From Planctomycetota bacterium (GTDB lineage: Bacteria; Planctomycetota; B15-G4), in contig JACKHP010000024.1 in assembly GCA_020638905.1 (NCBI GenBank), positions 228 to 64,227 of the forward strand: DNA of 64,000 nt, read 5' to 3'. The notes under the pieces were generated by a model. It was not told the origin of the DNA, made no database searches, and saw nothing but the letters and a program-made list of their open reading frames with translations. Both the position numbers and the translations under genes were made by a program. How positions within the stretch are numbered: the stretch's first letter is position 1; each line of letters begins with the position of its first letter. This document shows positions 44,804 through 52,963 of this stretch, piece by piece.

Positions 44804-46045
44804 ATGCGCCGGCGCCCGTCGCGGCGGCGCGCTCCCGAGCCTCGCGGCGTCGACACCATGCCCGAACACCCTGCCCCGCGCCGCCGGCGCGCGCTGCGCG
44901 CGGCGCCGGCCGTGGCGCTCCTCGCACTCCTCGGCGCCACGCCCTGCGCGCACGCCGACGACGACGCCGCGCGCGCCGCGTTCCTGCTGAACTGCGCCCG
45001 CTGCCACGGCGAGACGGGCGACGGACACGGCACCGAGACGCTCGATCGTCCGGCGCGTTCGTTCCGCGACGGCGGCTTCTCGTTCGGCAACACGGCCGAG
45101 GCGGTCTTCCGCACGATCTCGCACGGCATCCCCGGCAGCCCGATGCCGTCGTTCGAGGCGCTCTCCGAGAGCGATCGGCGCGCGCTGGCCGGATACGTGC
45201 TCTCGCTCGGACCGCCGCGCGCCGAGGCGTCCGACGAGCAGACCGAGCTGCGCGTCGCAGAGCGCGCCGTCGTCGTGCGCGGACTCCTGCCGCCGATCTC
45301 GGCCGCGGCGTCCGAGCAGCCGCGCGGCCTGCTCGTGGGCACGCCCGACGGACTCACCTTCGAGTACCGCGCCGACGAGCTCTCGCTGCTCGGCGTGCGC
45401 TTCGGAGCCTTCGTGCGCCGTACCGACTGGACAGGCCGCGGCGGCACGCCGCTCGAGCCGCTGGGCAAGGTCGTCGCGCTCATGCACGCCGGCGCGCCGC
45501 CCGCGAGCTTCTCGCTCGTCGGCGGACCGTCCTCGAAGGGCACGCGCGACGGGTCGCGCCTCGAACTGCCCCTGCACTGCGAGCTCGTCGCCACGCGCGT
45601 GAACGGCGCCACGTGCACGCTGAGCGGAACGCTCGTGCGTCCCGACGGCAGCCGCCTCGGGACGCTCGAGGAGTCCGCCGGCGCGATCTCGAGCGCGTTC
45701 GCGTCGGGCTTCGTGCGCCGGCTCGGCGTGCCGCTCCCTCCCGACGGGGCTCTGCGCGTCGACCTCGGGCTCGAGCCCGGCGCCGAGACGCTCGCCACGA
45801 CCGAGGACGCCGTGGCGCGGCGCACGTGGTTCGTGCTGCGTGCGACCGACGGCGAGGTGCGCTGCCTCGGCGTGACGCTCTCGTCCGGCGAGCCGGTGCT
45901 CGTCGACGGCCCGCACGGGCCGGCGCTCGAGCTGCGCGCGCTCCCCGGCGAGCTGCTGCCGCGCGGGGTCGAGATCGTGACCCTGCTCCCCGCGCACTGG
46001 ACGGACGACGACCTGCACGCCCTGCTCGACGAGCCGCTGCGATGA
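44804..46045 (+). CDS. c-type cytochrome with ~290-aa unassigned C-terminal domain
   Basis: Arg-rich signal RRRRALRAAPAVALLALLGATPCAHA. CARCHGETGDGHG...GIPGSPMPSF. The stop overlaps the next start (ATGA). ATG 44858 is an alternative start. Confidence 0.75.
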   Translation: MRRRPSRRRAPEPRGVDTMPEHPAPRRRRALRAAPAVALLALLGATPCAHADDDAARAAFLLNCARCHGETGDGHGTETLDRPARSFRDGGFSFGNTAEAVFRTISHGIPGSPMPSFEALSESDRRALAGYVLSLGPPRAEASDEQTELRVAERAVVVRGLLPPISAAASEQPRGLLVGTPDGLTFEYRADELSLLGVRFGAFVRRTDWTGRGGTPLEPLGKVVALMHAGAPPASFSLVGGPSSKGTRDGSRLELPLHCELVATRVNGATCTLSGTLVRPDGSRLGTLEESAGAISSAFASGFVRRLGVPLPPDGALRVDLGLEPGAETLATTEDAVARRTWFVLRATDGEVRCLGVTLSSGEPVLVDGPHGPALELRALPGELLPRGVEIVTLLPAHWTDDDLHALLDEPLR

Positions 46046-48831
46046 CGACCAGACCTCCGTGCACGACGCTCGCCCTGCCGGGTGCAGCGCTGGCCCTCTC
46101 CCTCGCACTCGTCGCGCCCGCGCTCGTCGCGCAGGACGGCGGGCCGTCCGCCGACGCGTCGACGTCCGACGCCGACGAGGGCTCGCTGCTCGAGCTCGAG
46201 AAGCGCTACTACGTCGTCGAGCCGATCCCTGCGCCGCCGGGCGAGGTGCTCGAGGTGGGCGGCCTCGGCCGCCTCTCCGACGGACGGCTCGTGGCCTCGA
46301 CCCGCCGCGGACAGGTCTGGCTCGTCGACGGCGCGCTCGACGACGACCCGTCCGACGCGACCACGACGCTCTTCGCCGAAGGCCTGCAGGAAGGCCTCGG
46401 CCTGTGCGTCGTGCCCGGCGAGCACGGAGCCCGCGACCGCATCTTCGTCGTCCAGCGCGGCGAGCTGAGCGAGCTGGTCGACGACGACGGCGACGACCGC
46501 TGCGACACGATCCGCACGATCTGCAACGACTGGGGACTCTCGGGCAACTACCACGAGTTCGCCTTCGGCCTGCCGCGCGACGCCCGGGGACGCTTCTACG
46601 TCTCGCTCAACGTGGGCTTCCTGAACCCCGAGTGGTGGCACGGCAAGTCGATCGCGCCCTACAGAGGCTGGCTCGTGCGCATCAACCCGTCCGACGGCGC
46701 GATGACGCCGATCGCGAGCGGCTTCCGCAGTCCGTGCGGCCTGGGGCTCGACACCGACGGCACGCTGTACGTGACCGACAACCAGGGCGACTGGATGCCG
46801 ACCTGCGGCATCTTCGCCGTGCACGAGGGCGGCTACTACGGACATCCCGCGTCGCTCGCGTGGACCGACGAGTACCTCGCGAACCACGCGCAGCCGAGCG
46901 ACACGATGCCGCCCAAGCGCACGCGCGACCCGGCCGCGGTCTGGATCCCGTACGCGTGGTCACGCTCGACCGGCAACCTCGAGCCCGACACGACCGCCGG
47001 GCGTTTCGGTCCCTTCGCGGGACAGCTCTTCGCGGCCGAGCTCACGAACGGCGAGCTGCTGCGCGTCCAGCTCGAAGAGGTGCGCGGACGGAAGCAGGGC
47101 GCCGTCTTCCGTTTCAGGCGGCGCATCGGTTCGCTCGTGCGCGTGCTGTTCACCGACGAGGGCACGCTCGTGGGCGGCATGACGAACCGCGGCTGGGGCG
47201 GCCTGCCCCCCGCCGACGGCCTGGTGCGCATCCGCTGGACGGGCGAATTGCCGCTCGAGATGCACCACGTGCACCTGCTCCAGGACGGCTTCGAGATCAC
47301 GTTCACGAAGCCGCTCGACACGAGCCGCACGATCGTGCCCGACGACGTGACGCTCACGCAGTACGACTACGACTCCTGGTGGGAGTACGGCTCGCCCGAG
47401 CGGCACACGACCGCGGTGCCGGTCACGTCCACCGCGCTCTCGGCCGACGGACGCACGCTCACGCTGCGCGGTGCCGATCTCGTGCCGGGCATGGTCGCGC
47501 GTGTCGCGCTCGCGAACGTGCGTGCCGCCGACGGCTCGCCGCTGCTGCACGACGAGTTCGCGTACACGATCAACCAGCTCCCCGAGGGACCGCTCAGCAC
47601 CGCGGACGTGGCCAAGACCGTCCCGCCGCCGCCGCCGCGCACGTCGGGCGCCGAGGGCTGGCTGAGGCTCACGTACTTCGACGCGCTCGACGCCTGGGAG
47701 CAGCACGGCTGGCAGCTCGTCGACGCCGAGCTCGATCCCGAGCACCCGCGCACGTTCATGGTGCGCGACGGCGTGAACGCGCTCGTCGACACCGGACCCG
47801 ACGCGTCCGAGTTCACGAGCCGCTACGCGATGGGCGACGGACGCTACCACGTCGAGTTCATGCTGCCCGAGGGCGGACGTGCCGCGGTGTACGTCCAGGG
47901 CCGCTACGGCATCGCGCTGGCCGACGACACCCACGGGCTCGCGGCGGACGAGCCGTCCAGCGGGGCGCTGCTGCCGCTCGCCGACGGCACGCCCTCACGC
48001 GCGCCGGCCTTCGACGCGTACAAGGGCCCGGGGACGTGGCACGCGCTCGACGTCGACTTCGTCGCGCCGCGGTTCGACGCGTCCGGCGAGAAGCTCGCCG
48101 ACGCGCGCTTCGCGAACGTGCTGCTCGACGACGTGCTGATCCAAGAAGACGTCGCGCTGCCCGCCTGCGCCGCGGGACGTCCCTCCGACGAGGTCGCGCT
48201 CGGACCGCTCGTGATCGCGCCCCGGGACGGCTCGCCGCTGGCGCTGCGCACGATCCAGTTCCGTCCCGTGCAGCCGGCGGTCGACGACGAGGGCTGGGTC
48301 TCGATCTTCAACGGCGACGACCTCGACGGCTGGCGTCTGTCGCCGGGCATCGAGGATCCCGACGGCGAGCGCTGGGAGGCCGGCGGCGGCGAGCTCGTCG
48401 GTCGCGGCGACACGAGCCACCTCTTCAGTCCACGCGGCGACTACCGCGACTTCGAGCTGCGCGCCAAGGTCATGATCAGCGACGGCGGCAACTCGGGTCT
48501 CTACTTCCGCGTCGCGTACGGTCCGGGCTGGCCGAAGGGCTACGAGGCCCAGGTCAACGCGAGCATGTCCGACCCGCAGAAGACCGGCAGCCTGTACGAT
48601 CTCGCGCCGGTGCACGTCGAGCTCGTCCCGCCCGACACGTGGTTCGACTACCACGTCACCTGCCGCGACGAGTCCGAGGGGACGCACGTCACGATCGCGG
48701 TCGACGGCGTCGTCGTGACCGACTTCGTCGACACCGAACGCCGGCACGCCAGCGGCCACATCGCGCTCCAGCAGCACCACCAGGGCTCGGTGGTGCGCTG
48801 GCGCGACATCCAGGTCAAGGTGCTCGACTGA
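46042..48831 (+). CDS. Secreted beta-propeller (glucose/sorbosone-dehydrogenase-like) fused to two DUF1080-type domains
   Basis: Signal LALPGAALALSLALVAPALVAQD. RSPCGLGLDTDGTLYVTDNQGDW propeller block. EGWVSIFNGDDLDGWRLS...NSGLYFRV...GHIALQQHHQGSVVRWRDIQVKVL. Confidence 0.75.
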   Translation: MTTRPPCTTLALPGAALALSLALVAPALVAQDGGPSADASTSDADEGSLLELEKRYYVVEPIPAPPGEVLEVGGLGRLSDGRLVASTRRGQVWLVDGALDDDPSDATTTLFAEGLQEGLGLCVVPGEHGARDRIFVVQRGELSELVDDDGDDRCDTIRTICNDWGLSGNYHEFAFGLPRDARGRFYVSLNVGFLNPEWWHGKSIAPYRGWLVRINPSDGAMTPIASGFRSPCGLGLDTDGTLYVTDNQGDWMPTCGIFAVHEGGYYGHPASLAWTDEYLANHAQPSDTMPPKRTRDPAAVWIPYAWSRSTGNLEPDTTAGRFGPFAGQLFAAELTNGELLRVQLEEVRGRKQGAVFRFRRRIGSLVRVLFTDEGTLVGGMTNRGWGGLPPADGLVRIRWTGELPLEMHHVHLLQDGFEITFTKPLDTSRTIVPDDVTLTQYDYDSWWEYGSPERHTTAVPVTSTALSADGRTLTLRGADLVPGMVARVALANVRAADGSPLLHDEFAYTINQLPEGPLSTADVAKTVPPPPPRTSGAEGWLRLTYFDALDAWEQHGWQLVDAELDPEHPRTFMVRDGVNALVDTGPDASEFTSRYAMGDGRYHVEFMLPEGGRAAVYVQGRYGIALADDTHGLAADEPSSGALLPLADGTPSRAPAFDAYKGPGTWHALDVDFVAPRFDASGEKLADARFANVLLDDVLIQEDVALPACAAGRPSDEVALGPLVIAPRDGSPLALRTIQFRPVQPAVDDEGWVSIFNGDDLDGWRLSPGIEDPDGERWEAGGGELVGRGDTSHLFSPRGDYRDFELRAKVMISDGGNSGLYFRVAYGPGWPKGYEAQVNASMSDPQKTGSLYDLAPVHVELVPPDTWFDYHVTCRDESEGTHVTIAVDGVVVTDFVDTERRHASGHIALQQHHQGSVVRWRDIQVKVLD

Positions 48832-49033
48832 CGGGACGGCCGGGCGCTGGGGCGCATGACCCACCCACATTTCGACCCGCGGAGGTCACACACCCGCGCG
48901 CGTCCGGAGGTAATGTGAATCCGCGTCCACGCCGCGGTTCGCATGGCCCGGCGTGACCTCGTGCGGGCGCCCGCGACGCGGGCCGCCCCTCCGCGATCCG
49001 GCGACCACCCCATGCGCCGTCGAGATCCGACCG

Positions 49034-50389
49034 ATGTCCAATCGCCTTGTGCGTTTCCCGATCTGCTCCGCGCTCCTCACCGCCGCGTTCGTCGGCACCA
49101 CGCTGCCTCACGTCGAGGCGCAGGTCCCCGACTGGGACGCCCCCGCGCTGACCGGCGCGCTCCCGCCACGCTCGGCCGCCGCCACGGCCTATGACCCCGT
49201 GAGCGAACGCGTCGTGCTCTTCGGCGGCTACAACGCCACGTCGTACAAGGCCGACACGTTCGTGTTCGACGGCACCGGCTGGGCGCGCGTGCAGACTCCC
49301 GTCGCGCCATCGGGACGCGCCGGCGCGAGCATGGCCTTCGACGAGGTCACGCAGAAGCTCGTGCTCTTCGGCGGCTTCGACGGCTCGTACAAGAGCGACA
49401 CCTGGCTGTGGGACGGCAGCACGCAGACGTGGTCGGCCGCCTCGCCCAGCCAGCATCCCACGGCGGTCACGGGACCGAGCCTGTTCACCGATCCCGTCGA
49501 CGGACACGTCGATGCGTTCGGCGGCTTCTCCGGCCAGTTCTACCAGCTCGACACCTGGCGCTGGACGGGCAGCGACTGGACCAAGCTCACGCCCGCCCAC
49601 AAGCCCAGCGCCCGCGCCGCCGCCTGCTGTGCGCGCGACGAGGCGCACGGCGGCGTGCTGCTCTTCGGCGGGCTGGCCAGCGTCAACCCCTGGAACACCT
49701 GGCTGTGGGACGGCAGCGACTGGCATCTCCAGTCGCCGAGCTTCCAGCCCGCGAACCGCTACAACGGCGCCGCGGCGTACGACGACGTGCTGCACGGCGT
49801 GGTCGTCTTCGGCGGTGCGAGCGCCGGCGAGCCGCTCGACGACAGCTGGCTGTGGACCGGCGCCGAGTGGACGCCGCTCGCACCCGCCCACGTCCCGCCG
49901 GCGCGCGAGAGCCACGGCATGGCGTGGATGCCCGGCCTCGGTCGCATCGTGGTCGCCGGGGGCGAAGACCACGGCGCCGTCGAGTCCGACACGTGGACCC
50001 TGACCGCCGAGCCGGCCTTCCTCGACGTGGGCCCCGGCCTCGGCGGGACGTTCGGCGTGCCGGCGTTGAGCGGCGGCGGCGACCTCGCTCCCGGCAGCGT
50101 GACCGGCTTCACGCTCGACATCGGCGCGACCTCGCCCGGCAACCTCGTGCTGCTCTTCTTCGGGGCGGACGTGGGCGCCGCGCCGTTCCACGGCGGCACC
50201 TTCTATCCCCTGCCGCTGCTGCTGAGCGTGGCGCTCACGGCCGACGGCACGGGACAGATCGCGCTGGCCGGTTCGATCCCCCTGGCCACGCCGGCCGGCG
50301 CGAGCCTCGTGATGCAGGCCTGGATGCCGGACGCAGGAGCGCCCCTCGGCGCCGCGGGCACGAACGGACTCGCGTTGCGCGTCCCCTGA
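49034..50389 (+). CDS. Secreted Kelch-repeat beta-propeller protein with C-terminal module shared with 3128..5014
   Basis: ATG 49034 with signal FPICSALLTAAFVGTTLPHVEAQ. Repeated FGG...D.W.WDG..W blades (five or six). Confidence 0.75.
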   Translation: MSNRLVRFPICSALLTAAFVGTTLPHVEAQVPDWDAPALTGALPPRSAAATAYDPVSERVVLFGGYNATSYKADTFVFDGTGWARVQTPVAPSGRAGASMAFDEVTQKLVLFGGFDGSYKSDTWLWDGSTQTWSAASPSQHPTAVTGPSLFTDPVDGHVDAFGGFSGQFYQLDTWRWTGSDWTKLTPAHKPSARAAACCARDEAHGGVLLFGGLASVNPWNTWLWDGSDWHLQSPSFQPANRYNGAAAYDDVLHGVVVFGGASAGEPLDDSWLWTGAEWTPLAPAHVPPARESHGMAWMPGLGRIVVAGGEDHGAVESDTWTLTAEPAFLDVGPGLGGTFGVPALSGGGDLAPGSVTGFTLDIGATSPGNLVLLFFGADVGAAPFHGGTFYPLPLLLSVALTADGTGQIALAGSIPLATPAGASLVMQAWMPDAGAPLGAAGTNGLALRVP

Positions 50390-50400
50390 GGCGCGACGAC

Positions 50401-50444
50401 GCACGCGAGGTGGCCCGCGCGGACGTGCGCGCCACCTCGCGTGC
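50401..50444 (+). terminator. Strong stem-loop terminator candidate
   Basis: GCACGCGAGGTGGC (50401..50414) is perfectly complementary to GCCACCTCGCGTGC (50431..50444). An inner GCGC/GCGC extension is possible. It starts 12 nt after the stop at 50389. Confidence 0.55.
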
Positions 50445-50634
50445 ACGGGCGCACGCGCCGCCGGCGACCTGACCACCACCGAGCGCACACATGAACGCCG
50501 GCCCCGAGACGCGACTCGTCCACACCGGCTTCCGCGGCGTCATGACGCAGCCGATGTGGGAGGCGAGTCGACGGCGCGCACGCTGAGCCTGCGGTTCGCT
50601 CGGGGCGCCCCCCCAGGCGGGACGCGGTCCGCGA

Positions 50635-51786
50635 TCAGCGGCGTCCGGCACGACGACGCGCCGCCGCTCCCGCCGCGGAAGTGGTCTTCGACTTCGCGTT
50701 CGGCTTCGACTTCGACTTCGACTTCGCGTTCGACTTCGGCTTCGACTTCGCGTTCGACTTCGGCTTCGCGTTCGCGTTCGTCTTCGGCTTCGCGCTCGTC
50801 TTCGGCTTCGCGCTCGGCTTCGGCTTCGCGCTCGGCTTCGGCTTCGCGTTCGCGCTCGTCTTCGGCTTCGCGCTCGGCTTCGGCTTCGCGTTCGCGTTCG
50901 TCTTCGGCTTCGCGCTCGGCTTCGGCTTCGGCTTCGGCTTCGGCTTCGGCTTCGCGCTCGGCTTCGGCTTCGCGCTCGGCTTCGGCTTCGGCTTCGGCTT
51001 CGGCTTCGCGCTCGTCTTCGGCTTCGCGCTCGTCTTCGGCTTCGCGCTCGACTTCGGCTTTCGCGCCGCCGCCTTCTTGACCGGCCCCGGACGCTTGCCG
51101 CCCGGCCCTGTCGTCGCCGGAGGCGCGCCACCGTGGCGCCGCGCGATCGTCTTGGCGATGTACTCGGCGACGTCGGGAGTCTTGCAGCCGGTCAATCCGT
51201 GGTCGACCTCGACCTTGCCGATGCGGCGGGCCGAGGCCAGCGCAGCCTTCTCGAGCTTGGGGCTGCGCAGGCCGAGCAGGATCAGCGCGCCGTTCATCGC
51301 GTGCCGCACGCGGTTGGCCGAGGCGTGCAGACGCGCCTCGATCTCGGCCAGGCGCTGGCTGCCCTCCTCCTCGGTGAGGTCGGCGATCTGCGGCAGCACC
51401 GTCCAGCCCACCGACGCGATCCACTCCTGGCTGGACGCGCACCAGCGTTCGCCCAGCGTGCGCGCGTGCGGCGAGCGCACCACGAGCACCGCGAGCGCGT
51501 CGCCGAGCACGTAGTTGTCCACCTGGTCGATCCAGCGCTGGAGCTGCTCGGGCGTGGTCTGGGCCGGGTCGGCGATGCGCGTGGCCAGGATGCGCGCGTC
51601 GTGGTTGCCCGTGTCCCACAGCGCCCGGGCCAGCTCGTGGTCGGTGCCCAGCTCCTTCGTGAGCCGGTTCTGCTCGGCGTAGCTGACCCCGTAGAGCGGC
51701 GGCGTGACGCCGTGCCGCGCGTAGACCTTGCGGTTCTGATCGGTGCCCGCGACGGCGAGTCGCGCGAGGACCTCGGCCAGGTTCAT
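50635..51786 (-). CDS. DNA alkylation repair (AlkD/AlkC-type HEAT-like repeat) family protein with Lys/Pro/Ala/Ser-rich C-terminal tail
   Basis: ATG 51786 ([10 protein letters not shown]). [52 protein letters not shown]...[10 protein letters not shown]. The last ~147 aa are (S/T)AKPK / KPKP / NAKSK repeats. Confidence 0.7.
   Translation of the reverse strand: MNLAEVLARLAVAGTDQNRKVYARHGVTPPLYGVSYAEQNRLTKELGTDHELARALWDTGNHDARILATRIADPAQTTPEQLQRWIDQVDNYVLGDALAVLVVRSPHARTLGERWCASSQEWIASVGWTVLPQIADLTEEEGSQRLAEIEARLHASANRVRHAMNGALILLGLRSPKLEKAALASARRIGKVEVDHGLTGCKTPDVAEYIAKTIARRHGGAPPATTGPGGKRPGPVKKAAARKPKSSAKPKTSAKPKTSAKPKPKPKPKPSAKPKPSAKPKPKPKPKPKPSAKPKTNANAKPKPSAKPKTSANAKPKPSAKPKPSAKPKTSAKPKTNANAKPKSNAKSKPKSNAKSKSKSKPNAKSKTTSAAGAAARRRAGRR
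50683..51078. repeat. Imperfect tandem 6/12/15-nt repeats (GGCTTC/GCGCTC/GACTTC units) inside a CDS
   Basis: Visible run of CGGCTTCGGCTTCGCGCTC... It encodes the KP/AKPK tail on the minus strand. Its antisense gives the spurious GFGFGF ORF 50681..51514. Confidence 0.9.
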
Positions 51787-51930
51787 GTCAAACCGCTCCG
51801 CGTCGGATGGGACGCGTCGGCCGACCCCTCCCTGGGGTCCCCGGCCGAGCCGCGGCAGAGACCCTACCGCGTCGCAGGGCCCGCTCCCAGGGGCGAGTCG
51901 GCCCGGAAGGCGACTTATCCGCGGGGAGGA

Positions 51931-51952
51931 CGGAGGGGGCCGCCCCCCTCCG
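51931..51952 (-). terminator. Hairpin immediately after LOG gene stop
   Basis: CGGAGGGGG-CCGC-CCCCCTCCG forms a 9-bp stem with a 4-nt loop, 1 nt from the stop codon (51954..51956). No U-tract. Confidence 0.4.
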
Positions 51953-51953
51953 A

Positions 51954-52769
51954 CTACAGCTTCCAGGCCGGGTCGCCCAGGGCGTGCTCGGTGAGCTCGG
52001 CCACGAGGTACTCGTAGGCCTCGTCGACCGAGTCGGTCTGGAAGAACAGGTCGGGGTCGGTCGGGCTGATCGTGCCGAACTTGATCAGCGGCTCGAAGTG
52101 CAGCACCTGGCTCCAGAACTCCTTGCCGAAGAGCACGATCGGCAGCTTCTTCTTGATCTTCAGCGTCTGGACGAGCGTCACCACCTCCATGAACTCGTCG
52201 AGGGTGCCGAAGCCGCCGGGCATCACGACCATCGCCTTGGCGAGGTACGTGAACCAGAACTTGCGCATGAAGAAGTAGTGGAACTCGAACGACAGCCGGC
52301 GGGTGATGTACGGGTTGTCGTTCTGCTCGAAGGGCAGCGAGATGTTCAGGCCGATGTTCTCGCCCTTCGCCTCCGACGCGCCGCGGTTCGCGGCCTCCAT
52401 GATGCCGGGACCGCCGCCGCTGCAGATCACGAAGCGCCGGTCGGAACCCTCGAGGCCCTTGCTCCACTCGGTGAGCCGACGCGAGAGCTCGCGCGCCGCC
52501 TCGTAGTAGCGCGACATCTCGAGCACCGACTCGGCCTTGGCCACGTCGCCGCCGTTCTCCTTCGCCTCCGCGAGCAGCTTCTTCGCCACCTCGCGCGACT
52601 TGATGCGCGCCGAGCCGAAGACCACGATCGTGTCCTTGATCTCGAACTCCTTGAAGCGCGTCTCGGGTTCGATGTACTCCGACAGGATGCGCAGGATGCG
52701 CGCGTCCGAGCTGTTCAGGAACTTCTCGTTCTTGTAGGCCTTCACGGCCCGGTAGCGACTCTCGCTCAT
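51954..52769 (-). CDS. LOG family (TIGR00730-type) nucleotide phosphoribohydrolase-like protein
   Basis: ATG 52769. [24 protein letters not shown] and [10 protein letters not shown] are present. Visibly Lys-rich and less GC-rich than its neighbours. Confidence 0.85.
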   Translation of the reverse strand: MSESRYRAVKAYKNEKFLNSSDARILRILSEYIEPETRFKEFEIKDTIVVFGSARIKSREVAKKLLAEAKENGGDVAKAESVLEMSRYYEAARELSRRLTEWSKGLEGSDRRFVICSGGGPGIMEAANRGASEAKGENIGLNISLPFEQNDNPYITRRLSFEFHYFFMRKFWFTYLAKAMVVMPGGFGTLDEFMEVVTLVQTLKIKKKLPIVLFGKEFWSQVLHFEPLIKFGTISPTDPDLFFQTDSVDEAYEYLVAELTEHALGDPAWKL

Positions 52770-52922
52770 GGACGTCGGCGGTGCCTTCGCGGTGAGGATG
52801 TGACGCGATCGTCGTGGGACGCGCGGTCGGGCATTGTAGGGCGCGCGCACCTCCGGAGCACGCGCGGCCCGCGCGACGGACTTCCCGCCCGGGAGACTCG
52901 CGGCCGGCCGCCGGACACGCAA

Positions 52923-52941
52923 GCGGACGGACCGCGTCCGC
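52923..52941 (-). terminator. Hairpin downstream of fibre gene
   Basis: GCGGACG-GACCG-CGTCCGC forms a 7-bp stem, 22 nt after the stop at 52964. Confidence 0.3.
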
Positions 52942-52963
52942 GGGCCGGATCGCGCCGCGTGCC

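Noticed and set aside
50681-51514. ORF encoding GFGFGFAF repeats (and the SRSRSR/RTRTRT ORFs on the same repeats)
   Set aside because: These are antisense or alternative-frame readings of the tandem repeat. The minus-strand KP/AKPK frame is continuous with a recognisable AlkD-like domain.
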